IMG/VR virus record: IMGVR_UViG_3300045837_000178
Location: 1-37,491 of that record
Reading direction: 5' to 3' (one strand)
DNA from: a virus
Lineage: Duplodnaviria > Caudoviricetes
DNA: 37,491 nucleotides
Shown: piece by piece, positions 26,140 through 34,677 of the stretch
How positions within the stretch are numbered: position 1 is the first letter of the stretch
Layout: every line of letters begins with the position of its first letter
Translations under genes and position numbers: made by a program
The notes under the pieces: generated by a model
Database searches by the model: none
Told to the model about the DNA's origin: nothing
Seen by the model: only the letters and a program-made list of their open reading frames with translations

Positions 26140-26444
26140 GCGCGACCCTCCACATCGTCGACGCTCCCGCCGAGGAGCCGCGCCGCTGGACGATGAAGGA
26201 CGACCCCGGCGCGATGTTCCGGTGGCCCCCGTTCGACAAGGACGGCCGCGAGGCGTGGTGCATCGTCCTGCCGAACGAGGCGGGCCTGTGGTGGACGACC
26301 TACGAGGCCGCCGGCGACGGCCAGATGTGGGAGGTGACCGGCGAGCCGCCGCTCCTCACGGTGTCGCCGTCGATCAACGCCGGCGACGGCCCGGGCAAGG
26401 GCAACTGGCACGGGTGGATCAGGGACGGGGTGATGACGCCGTGA
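26136..26444 (+). CDS. DUF6527-like small protein
   Basis: WEVTG....LTVSPSIN...WHGWIRDG; GTGA overlaps. Confidence 0.65.
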   Translation: MSATLHIVDAPAEEPRRWTMKDDPGAMFRWPPFDKDGREAWCIVLPNEAGLWWTTYEAAGDGQMWEVTGEPPLLTVSPSINAGDGPGKGNWHGWIRDGVMTP

Positions 26445-27829
26445 CCGAGCCGCGCCCGGTGTCGGCTCGCCGCCACAACGAGGTACTCGCCGCGGCGCAG
26501 GCGCGCGTCGACCGGCTCGAGGTCAGGCTCGCCGACGTCGTCCGGCCGATCCTCGACCGGGCCGGGACGACCGCCGCCCGCCGGTTCGAGCGGTACGCGA
26601 CCAGCCACCTGACCGCCGCCGCGGACGGCGTGTCCTCGTCGTCCACGATGGTGTGCGTTCGGCCGCGCCCCGAGGAGGCGGAGGCGATCGCCGCTCCCGG
26701 CGGCGACCCGCCCGAGCGGCTGCACGTCACGCTCGTCTACCTCGGCCAGACCGACGGCGACCTCCAGGACGTAGCGGACGCGCTCGCCCCGGTCGCCGCG
26801 TCGCTGGCCCCCCTCGCCGGGGTCGTCGGCGGCTACGGGGCGTTCGAGCCTCCCGGGGTCGGGATCCTGCTTCCGGACGTCCGAGGCCTCGTCGAGCTGC
26901 GCGTCGCGGTGTGCGAGGCGCTGCTCGAGGCGGGCGTCGACTACGGCCGCCAGCACGGGTTCGAGGCCCACATCACCGTGACCGGAGGGGACGCGCCCGA
27001 GGAGGACGACTACCCGAGCTCGGCGTGCGGGAAGCCGCTCCACTTCGACTCGCTGATCGTGACCCGCGGCGACGAGGACGTGTACGCGCTCCCGCTGGTC
27101 GGCGTCCCGGCCGTGACCGCCGCCGGCGACGAACAGCCGTCGCCGCAGTGGACGGCCCCGTTCCCGGACGAGATCCTCGACGTCGACGCGCTCGTCGCGG
27201 GGCTGCTCGCGCGCACCGAGCCGGTCAGGAAGGCGATGGTCGAGCAGACGATGACGCCGGCGCTCGAGGAGGCGGGCCTGTCGTGGGACGCGACCAACCC
27301 GCTCGCCGCGGCGATGCTGGCGGAGTCGGCGTCGCAGGTGCGGGGGATCGCCGCGACGACGCAGCTCAACGTGATGCGGATCGTCAGCGCGTCGTACCGG
27401 TCGGGGCTGACGGTGCCGCAGACCGCGACCGCGATCCGGGAGGGGATGCGGTCGGCGTCCAAGTCGAGGGCGACGACGATCGCGCGGACGGAGCTGGCGC
27501 GCGCCGCGAACGGCGGCAGCCTCGCCGCCACCCGCCTCGTCGCGCGCGCGACCGGGGCGAGCTACCGGAAGACGTGGCGGACGGCGCCCGGCGCGCCGCA
27601 CCCGCGCCACGAGGACTACGAGGGCCTCGACGGCCAGCAGGTCGGCCTCGAGGAGCCGTTCGAGGTCGGCGGCGACGAGCTTCAGTTTCCGGGCGACCCG
27701 GGCGGCGACCCGGGAGAGACGATCAACTGCCGCTGCACGATGACCTACGACTCGCCGGAGGGCGAGGGCGAGTCGGACGCGGAGGACACGCCCGACCTGG
27801 GCGACGCCTCCTCGCTTGGGTTCGGCTAG
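26441..27829 (+). CDS. MuF-like minor head protein with inserted 2H phosphoesterase domain
   Basis: LHVTLVYLG and EAHITV (two HxT motifs); RATTIARTE, KTWRT, RH...DGQ, FPGDP, INCRC. Confidence 0.88.
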   Translation: MTEPRPVSARRHNEVLAAAQARVDRLEVRLADVVRPILDRAGTTAARRFERYATSHLTAAADGVSSSSTMVCVRPRPEEAEAIAAPGGDPPERLHVTLVYLGQTDGDLQDVADALAPVAASLAPLAGVVGGYGAFEPPGVGILLPDVRGLVELRVAVCEALLEAGVDYGRQHGFEAHITVTGGDAPEEDDYPSSACGKPLHFDSLIVTRGDEDVYALPLVGVPAVTAAGDEQPSPQWTAPFPDEILDVDALVAGLLARTEPVRKAMVEQTMTPALEEAGLSWDATNPLAAAMLAESASQVRGIAATTQLNVMRIVSASYRSGLTVPQTATAIREGMRSASKSRATTIARTELARAANGGSLAATRLVARATGASYRKTWRTAPGAPHPRHEDYEGLDGQQVGLEEPFEVGGDELQFPGDPGGDPGETINCRCTMTYDSPEGEGESDAEDTPDLGDASSLGFG

Positions 27830-27851
27830 GCGGGAGGCGTATAGTCGGCGC

Positions 27852-28031
27852 GTGAACGAACGCGAGCCGTTCGACCTCGCCGCCAGCCACCGCGAGTCGC
27901 GTCGCAGCCTCGGCGTAGTCGTAGAGGCGCAGGTCGAGCGTCGCCTTCGCCTCGCCGCCGAGACGAGGGACATGCTCGACGACCTGCGCGCGCGGATACG
28001 GGCGCGGGTAGAGGCGCTCGCGTTGGGCTAG
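27852..28031 (+). CDS. Small hypothetical protein (leaderless)
   Basis: GTG 6 nt after TATAGT 27840-27845. Confidence 0.5.
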   Translation: MNEREPFDLAASHRESRRSLGVVVEAQVERRLRLAAETRDMLDDLRARIRARVEALALG

Positions 28032-28225
28032 CGGAGGCTAGCCCTGATCGCGGCGGCGGACGCGGCCGGCCGGGTGGCGACGGCGGCGCGCGCGGCGAGG
28101 ACGCGGAGCGCCCGCTCGACCTCGCGCTGCTGCTGTTCCTTCGTCACGTCCTTGTCGTCGGCGTCCGGCGGGCGGGGCGCGACCCCTCGTACGAGGGATT
28201 CCGTCCCGGCGGGTACCGGCCGATC

Positions 28226-28948
28226 ATGAGGCTAGAAGCGATGATCTCGAAGCTCGCCCCGTTCCTCGCCTGCCCCGCGCTGGGCCTTCTGCTCGTCGCG
28301 TCCGGCCCCCTGTGGCCGTCGACGGACGTGACGGTCTACGTGAGCGACCGCGCCCCGGGTCTCGTCGCCCGAGCGCGCCTGGTCGAGGACGTTCCGGCGT
28401 GGGCGCGCGCGACCGCCGACCTCGCCGACGAGTGGGGGACCCCGGCCGTCCGGTTCGTCGTCCTCCGTCCCGGCTCGCGCGCCCCCAGCGGCGCGACGGT
28501 CGTCCGGGTCGTCGTCGGCGGCGCGATCCCCGGACCGCCCGGCTACCACACGACGGACGGCCGGATCCTCGTGTTCGCGAACGTCGCCTCCCGCTACGGC
28601 TACCCGTTGTCGGCGGTCGTCAGCCACGAGGTCGAGGAGTTCCTGGTCGACCCGCAGGTCTGCCTGGAGCAGGCGGGGGAGGCGTTGGAGGTCGCCGACC
28701 CGGTCGCGTCGCGCTCGTACCTCGTCCCGGGCCGCGACGGCGACCCCGTCCCGGTCAGCGACTTCGTCTACCCGTCCTGGTTCGTCCCCGGCGCGCACGG
28801 CCCGTACGACCGGGCCGGGATACTCGACCGGCCACGCGAGGTCGCGGCAGGCGGGTACGCGGAGCGGCTCGTCGGCGACCGCTGGGTGATCGACGGTCGC
28901 CCGCACGGCGGGACGCGGAGCCGCAGCCTCGGCTCCCCCTGCGGCTGA
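28226..28948 (+). CDS. Exported metallopeptidase-like protein (HExxE)
   Basis: Hydrophobic N-terminus; GYH, SHEVEEFLVDP, EVADPV, VSDFVYPSWF, GGY. Start may be 28241. Confidence 0.65.
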   Translation: MRLEAMISKLAPFLACPALGLLLVASGPLWPSTDVTVYVSDRAPGLVARARLVEDVPAWARATADLADEWGTPAVRFVVLRPGSRAPSGATVVRVVVGGAIPGPPGYHTTDGRILVFANVASRYGYPLSAVVSHEVEEFLVDPQVCLEQAGEALEVADPVASRSYLVPGRDGDPVPVSDFVYPSWFVPGAHGPYDRAGILDRPREVAAGGYAERLVGDRWVIDGRPHGGTRSRSLGSPCG

Positions 28949-29049
28949 CGCTCTCGCATGGCAGCGCGGGTGGCGCGCGCTACCGTCCTCGACACCTGAC
29001 CCGGACGACTCCCGCGAAGGGAGCCCCCCTGAAGAAGGAGGACGGAGAC

Positions 29050-31827
29050 ATGCGGCGCACCACGAGGCACGGCGGGAACGCGCAGGATCGCAGGCGGCAG
29101 AGGCGCGCCGCGAAGCGCAGGACGGCCGGAGGGGAGGCCGCGCTGCGCCCCGACGACGTCGCCGAGATCCAGGCGCTCGTCGCCGCGGCGTCCGGCTCGA
29201 CGTCGCTGCCGCTGTCCGACCGCGACGTGTCCTGGGACGCGGACGCCGCCGACAAGCGCGTGCGCGACTGGGCGGGCGCGACCGACGCGCCGAACGCGAA
29301 GTACGCGGGCGCGTTCTTCGTCAAGCAGGGGGACGGGACGAACTTCGGCGACTACAAGCTCGGCTACGCGGACGTGATCGACGGGAAGCTCGTCGCCGTC
29401 TGGAAGGCGATCACGGCGGTCGCTGGCGTGCTGCAGGGCGCGCGCGGCGGAGCCGACATCACCGACGCCGAGGCGTCCGCCGCCAGGTCGAAGGTCGAGT
29501 CGTACTACTCGAAGGCCGCGAAGCAGTACGACGACGACTCGATCAAGGTGCCGTGGGCCGACGGCGAGTCCGCCGCCGACGCGGAGGCGCTCGAGGTCGA
29601 GCTGTCCGACGAGGAGCGCGACCAGATCGGCGAGCTGGTCGCCGTCGTCGAGCTCGGCGGGAAGCCGTCGAGGGGGACGAAGGCCGACAAGCGGCTGAAG
29701 GACAACAAGCAGCCGGAGGACATGGCGCTCGACGCGCTCGAGGCGTACGAGGCGGCCGAGCCGGACGCGCGCGAGCTCGCGACCGCGTTCATCAAGATCC
29801 GGCCCGACCTCGCGGGGTTCGAGGCCGAGGTCGAGGCCGTCGTCCGCGCCGCGATCCGGCGGGCGCTCGTCTCCGCCGCCGGCGACGTCGCCTGGGGCCT
29901 CGAGGAGGGCTTCGTCGACCTGCTCTGCGACGTGAACAAGCAGCTCGCGGGCGGCTACGCCGCGTACGGCTTCGACTACGACGAGGAGCCGTCGTGCGGC
30001 TACTACTGCGGGCCGCGCGCGATCGACGCGAGCGTCCACCTCGACAAGGTCCTGATCTGCAGCGGCGACGACTACTACGTCGCCCCGATCGAGATCGACG
30101 CGGCGGGCGAGCCCGTCCTCTCCGAGCGCTCCGACTGGATCGAGGTCGGCAACGGCTGGCTCGAGAAGCAGGCCGACGAGATGGGTGCCGCGGCGCTCCT
30201 GCGGTTCGCGCTCCGCGACGTCCAGATCTCGCTGACCGCGGATGGGGCGTCCGCGCCCCCGATCCCGGCGGAGCACGAGCCCGGTGAGCGGCTCCCCGCC
30301 GCGACCGACGCGGTCGAGGAGCCCGAGATCGCAGCGCCGGCGGGCGGCGGGCTGCGCTGGACGGCGACGTTCGTGCCGGAGGGCGTCCTCACCGAGGACG
30401 GCCGCGCGTTCGCGCCGGGCGCGCTGATCCTCCCGCCGGAGGAGGGGTCGCGCGAGCTGCCGCTGACGCTCATGGCGATGATCGAGACCAGCGCCGAGGG
30501 CGGCCACGACGGCGCGAAGGTCGCCGGCCGCATCGACCAGCTCTGGCGCGAGGGCGACCTCGTGAAGGCGTCCGGCGTGTTCTCGCAGGAGGAGTACGGC
30601 CAGATGATCGGCCGCATGGTCGGGACGGGCGAGCTGCGCGGCCTGTCCGTCGACATCGCTCCGCTCGAGTGGGAGCGCTCCCCGGCGTCGGACTGGTTCG
30701 ACGAGGACGGCAACTGGATCGCCGAGCGCGGCGAGGACGGCGAGTGGGTGACGGCGGGCGAGGAGCCGACGCTCGAGGAGGCCGTGGAGCGGCTGTTCGG
30801 CGGTGGCGAGGACATGGTCCTCGTCATCACGAAGGGCGTGATCGGGATGGCGACCGTGTGCCCGTTCCCGGCGTTCGGCGACGCGAGCATCTCGCTCGTC
30901 GCGTCGGGCGGCGCGTCGCTGTTCCGGTACACCGGCCAGGCGGGGTTCGTCGTTGTCCGCGAGGCCGACTGCGACTGCGAGACCGAGTCCCTCGCGCCGT
31001 CGCTCGGGACGGTCACGACCTCGACCGGCGGCGGCGGAGGCTCGTACGGGAGCGGCACCTTCGCCGTCACGGCGAGCGCCGTAGCGGGCGGCGGAGGCGC
31101 GGCGGGAGGGAGCGTGCCGCAGATCCGCATCTCGCAGCCGGACGGGGACGACGCGCTGACGGCGGCCGCCGCCGGGTTCGCGCCCGAGCAGCCTCCCGCC
31201 GAGTGGTTCGACGACCCCGAGCTGGACGAGCTGACGCCGCTGACGATCACCGACGACGGCCGCGTCTTCGGGCACGCCTGGGCGTGGGAGACCTGCCACG
31301 TGTCGTTCGACGGGTGCGTCACCGCGCCCCACTCGGAGACGGGCTACGCCTACTTCGAGCTCGGCGAGGTCGAGTGCGCCGACGGGGAGCGCGTCCCGGT
31401 CGGGAAGATCACGCTCGACGCGCCGCACGCGGGGCAGCGGCTCTCCCGCGCGGACGCGATCCGCCACTACGACCACACCGGGACGGTCGCCGCGTACGTC
31501 CGGTTCGGCGAGGACGACCACGGCGGCTGGTTCGCTGGCGCGATCCGGCCCGACCTGCCCGCCTCGAAGCTCAGGCTGCTGAGGGGTGCGACGGTCTCGG
31601 GCGACTGGCGCGGCGTCGACGGGAACCTCGAGCTGATCGCGCTGCTCGCGGTGAACGTCCCCGGCTTCCCGGTGCCGCGCAAGCGCGCCCTGGTCGCCGC
31701 CGGCGTCGACGCGGACGAGCCGGAGGTGCTGAGTCTGACCGCGGCCGGGGTGATCGCCCCGCTGTCGGACGAGCAGGCCGCCGAGATCGCCGCGCTCGCC
31801 GCGCTCGCCGCGGGCGTCGAGGAGTAG
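29050..31827 (+). CDS. Multidomain capsid maturation (prohead) protease
   Basis: EGVLTEDGR, LPLTL, GHDGAKVAGRID, RGLSVD, ATVCPFPAF; then PPAEWFDDP, GRVFGH, HYD, SGDWR, AVNVPGFP; RBS GGAG before ATG 29050. Confidence 0.85.
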   Translation: MRRTTRHGGNAQDRRRQRRAAKRRTAGGEAALRPDDVAEIQALVAAASGSTSLPLSDRDVSWDADAADKRVRDWAGATDAPNAKYAGAFFVKQGDGTNFGDYKLGYADVIDGKLVAVWKAITAVAGVLQGARGGADITDAEASAARSKVESYYSKAAKQYDDDSIKVPWADGESAADAEALEVELSDEERDQIGELVAVVELGGKPSRGTKADKRLKDNKQPEDMALDALEAYEAAEPDARELATAFIKIRPDLAGFEAEVEAVVRAAIRRALVSAAGDVAWGLEEGFVDLLCDVNKQLAGGYAAYGFDYDEEPSCGYYCGPRAIDASVHLDKVLICSGDDYYVAPIEIDAAGEPVLSERSDWIEVGNGWLEKQADEMGAAALLRFALRDVQISLTADGASAPPIPAEHEPGERLPAATDAVEEPEIAAPAGGGLRWTATFVPEGVLTEDGRAFAPGALILPPEEGSRELPLTLMAMIETSAEGGHDGAKVAGRIDQLWREGDLVKASGVFSQEEYGQMIGRMVGTGELRGLSVDIAPLEWERSPASDWFDEDGNWIAERGEDGEWVTAGEEPTLEEAVERLFGGGEDMVLVITKGVIGMATVCPFPAFGDASISLVASGGASLFRYTGQAGFVVVREADCDCETESLAPSLGTVTTSTGGGGGSYGSGTFAVTASAVAGGGGAAGGSVPQIRISQPDGDDALTAAAAGFAPEQPPAEWFDDPELDELTPLTITDDGRVFGHAWAWETCHVSFDGCVTAPHSETGYAYFELGEVECADGERVPVGKITLDAPHAGQRLSRADAIRHYDHTGTVAAYVRFGEDDHGGWFAGAIRPDLPASKLRLLRGATVSGDWRGVDGNLELIALLAVNVPGFPVPRKRALVAAGVDADEPEVLSLTAAGVIAPLSDEQAAEIAALAALAAGVEE

Positions 31828-31831
31828 GGCG

Positions 31832-33325
31832 GTGCCGCGCGCGAGGCTCCGCTACGGGACCCGTCCCGCCCCGGGGACGGGGTCGGGCGGCGAGTTCGCG
31901 TCCCCGCGGGCGGCGGCGCTTGAGCGGTCGCTCGTCGCGGCCGGCGCGCCGGGGCTGCTCCCGACCTACGACATGTACTTCGGCGGCCACGCGCACCGGC
32001 TCTTCCAGCAGGCGGTCATGGAGTCGGGCCACTCCGCGCTCGACCAGGCGACGTGGCCGCACGACGGCGCGTTCGTCGGGGGCGTCCGCGGCGAGCTGTT
32101 CCGCGAGGGGAGCAGGGCGTTCTACCGGCTCCCCGACGGGACGCTCGCGCTGGTCGAGGTCTGCTCGGGGTGGGCGTCCGCGACCATCGCGGGCGCGTCG
32201 TCGGACTCGGTCGGCCAGGCGCTCTCGATGTTCCGGACGCTCTACCCGGCGACCTACCTCGACTCGACCGACGACCGGGTACCCGTCACGTTCTGGATGC
32301 TCGGCCAGCACGGCCCGATCCGTCGGCTGCGGATGATCGACGCGTCTCCGTGGGAGCAGATCAGCCGCAACTACTCCGCGTCCGTCCGCGCCGAGCTCGA
32401 CGGCCTGATGGGGTCGTTCGAGCCGGGCAAGGGCGGCCTGCTGCTGCTCTGGCAGGGGCCTCCGGGGACGGGGAAGACGTGGGCGCTGCGCGCGCTCGTG
32501 TCGGAGTGGCTGCCGTGGGCGGAGTTCCACTACATCACCGACCCGGACGCCTTCTTCGTGGAGAACGCCGCGTACATGGTCGACGTGCTGCTCTCCGACT
32601 CGTACGAGGCGCTCACCGAGCCGGGCGAGGTCGTCAGCGGCGAGGCCGACCCGGAGGGGAAGTGGCGCGTGCTGATCCTCGAGGACACGGGCGAGCTGCT
32701 CTCCGCGAAGGCGAAGGAGAAGTACGGGCAGGGGCTGTCGCGGCTCCTGAACGTCGTGGACGGCCTGATCGGGCAGGGGCTGCGCGTCCTCGTCCTCGTC
32801 ACGACGAACGACGAGCTCGGGGAGCTGAACGCGGCGGTGCGTCGCCCTGGCCGGTGCGCCAGCCAGATCGTGTTCTCGCCGCTCACGGCCGAGGAGACGA
32901 CCGAGTGGCTGGGCGAGCCGACCGCAGAGGGCGAGACGCTCGCCGAGTTGTACGCCCGGGTCGACGGCGCGGCGCCGGCGCTCCCGGAGGACGACGAGCC
33001 GGAGGAGGCCGTGGCGGTGGGCGACGTCGTCGAGGAGCTGCGGCGGGTCGCGGCCGAGCACGCCCCCGACGGCGGCTGCGGCGAGACCTCGTGGAACGAG
33101 GAGGAGCGCGCCGTCCTGTGGGTGTGCGGAGACTGGACGTCACAGGACGAGATCGACGCCGCCCGCGCGGACTTCCTCGCGGTCGAGGGCGTGGACTCGT
33201 TCGACTACGAGCAGGAGGCCGCGCCCCGCGAGGGCGACGGGTGGCGGCAGGTGTGGCCGGAGCCGGGCTCGGACGAGGCGTACGAGCGCGTACTCGAGCT
33301 AGCGCGCAGGCCGCTCGACGTCTAG
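31832..33325 (+). CDS. AAA+ ATPase (DUF5925-like N-domain) with N- and C-terminal extensions
   Basis: Walker A GPPGTGKT, Walker B LILED, LSRLLNVVDGLIGQG, VTTN, RPGRC. Confidence 0.88.
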   Translation: MPRARLRYGTRPAPGTGSGGEFASPRAAALERSLVAAGAPGLLPTYDMYFGGHAHRLFQQAVMESGHSALDQATWPHDGAFVGGVRGELFREGSRAFYRLPDGTLALVEVCSGWASATIAGASSDSVGQALSMFRTLYPATYLDSTDDRVPVTFWMLGQHGPIRRLRMIDASPWEQISRNYSASVRAELDGLMGSFEPGKGGLLLLWQGPPGTGKTWALRALVSEWLPWAEFHYITDPDAFFVENAAYMVDVLLSDSYEALTEPGEVVSGEADPEGKWRVLILEDTGELLSAKAKEKYGQGLSRLLNVVDGLIGQGLRVLVLVTTNDELGELNAAVRRPGRCASQIVFSPLTAEETTEWLGEPTAEGETLAELYARVDGAAPALPEDDEPEEAVAVGDVVEELRRVAAEHAPDGGCGETSWNEEERAVLWVCGDWTSQDEIDAARADFLAVEGVDSFDYEQEAAPREGDGWRQVWPEPGSDEAYERVLELARRPLDV

Positions 33326-33544
33326 CGGCAGCGGCGGCAGCCGGGGAACGTCCTCGTCGTCGAGGACCGGGCAGAACTCGCAGAAGCGCGGCTCGCCCTC
33401 GCTCGTCCGGTATGGCCCCTGGCAGACGGCGCAGTGGGGAGGATCGGTAGGCACGGGTCCAACTATCGGCCGCGACGGCGCGCCGGCTTGTCCCCCGAAC
33501 GGGGGAAACGGGCGGCGCGGACGTCCCGTGCTAGGTTCCGCGCC

Positions 33545-33940
33545 GTGGCAGAGTTCCCTCTCCTACTGGGGTCGGGGGTCGACGCCGTCGAGGGCGTGGC
33601 GCTCCTCCTCGCGGACGACGGCCTGATCTACCACCAGGACGCGGACGGGAACCGGGTCGCGGTCGGCGCGGCCCTCGCCGGCGTCGTCACGGACTCCAGC
33701 GGGTTCTTCGCGGTCGGCCACCAGAGCTTCGACGACGGATCGGGCGGCGCCTACGTCGACCACACGGCGCTCGTCCTCCACTCGGCGAAGGCCCCGGTAT
33801 ACGCGACCGGGCCGGCCGACACGGACGAGATGCAGGCGGGCAACTACTCCGTCTACCTCGACCTCGAGAACAGCCAGCTCGTCGTCGTCGCCCTCGACGA
33901 CGACGGGAACGAGATCACCGGGTCGGTGGCCCTCACGTGA
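33545..33940 (+). CDS. Beta-rich hypothetical protein, possibly structural (leaderless)
   Basis: GTG 7 nt after TAGGTT 33532-33537. Confidence 0.6.
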   Translation: MAEFPLLLGSGVDAVEGVALLLADDGLIYHQDADGNRVAVGAALAGVVTDSSGFFAVGHQSFDDGSGGAYVDHTALVLHSAKAPVYATGPADTDEMQAGNYSVYLDLENSQLVVVALDDDGNEITGSVALT

Positions 33941-34677
33941 TGCCGACCCCGACGGACCCGCAGATGACGGTCCTCGTGCCGGGTACGGCGATGCCGATCG
34001 CCGACCTGATCGCGGCCGACGGCTCGTTCGTGGACGCGGCCGGGAACCCCATCCCGTTCGTGGACGTCTCCGGCGACTTCTCGACGACGACGACCGACAC
34101 GATCACGTCTGGGAAGACGCAGAGCGTCACGGTCGCGGACGGCGGCCTCTCGGTCGGCGACTGGGTCGTCCTCACGAACGGCGCGCTGACCGACGTCGCC
34201 CGCCAGGTGACCCTGGTCGACGGCGACGTCGTCACGGTCTCCACGCCGTTCGGGATCGCCGCCTCCGGCACCTCGACGCTGACCCGCAAGAAGGTCCGGC
34301 CGAGCTTGTCCTGGGACCTCAGCGGGAAGCCGTTCGGCCAGCTCGCCTACGCGAACAAGAAGCTGACCGGCCTTGTCCAGGTGGACAGCACCACGAACAA
34401 CGTGTCGAAGGGCGCCGTCGAGGTGCAGATCATCGTCGCCGGAAAGGTGAAGGCGACGAAGGTCGCGAAGGTCGCGGCCAGCGGCCTCGTGACCTGCCAC
34501 GACGCGAACCTCGGCCGGTCGCAGGTCGTGGAGTTCGGCCTCGCCGGGGCGATCCCGTCGGGGACGGAGGTGCGCGTCCGCGCGTACGCGACGTTCGCGT
34601 ACACCCCGGTGTGCAACGTCCGCGGCGGCACGTACACGATCGGGCCGCGCCTCAGCCCGATCTACACGGTCCCGTAG
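33937..34677 (+). CDS. Thr/Val/Gly-rich putative virion protein
   Basis: 246 aa with beta-strand composition, inside the head module. Confidence 0.65.
   Translation: MMPTPTDPQMTVLVPGTAMPIADLIAADGSFVDAAGNPIPFVDVSGDFSTTTTDTITSGKTQSVTVADGGLSVGDWVVLTNGALTDVARQVTLVDGDVVTVSTPFGIAASGTSTLTRKKVRPSLSWDLSGKPFGQLAYANKKLTGLVQVDSTTNNVSKGAVEVQIIVAGKVKATKVAKVAASGLVTCHDANLGRSQVVEFGLAGAIPSGTEVRVRAYATFAYTPVCNVRGGTYTIGPRLSPIYTVP

Noticed and set aside
28312-29049. 1171-aa version of the protease
   Set aside because: The upstream part is a shadow frame over the HExxE gene; the RBS supports ATG 29050.
33491-33506. Hairpin TCCCCC-GAAC-GGGGGA as an intrinsic terminator
   Set aside because: No U-tract on the plus strand; the role cannot be supported.
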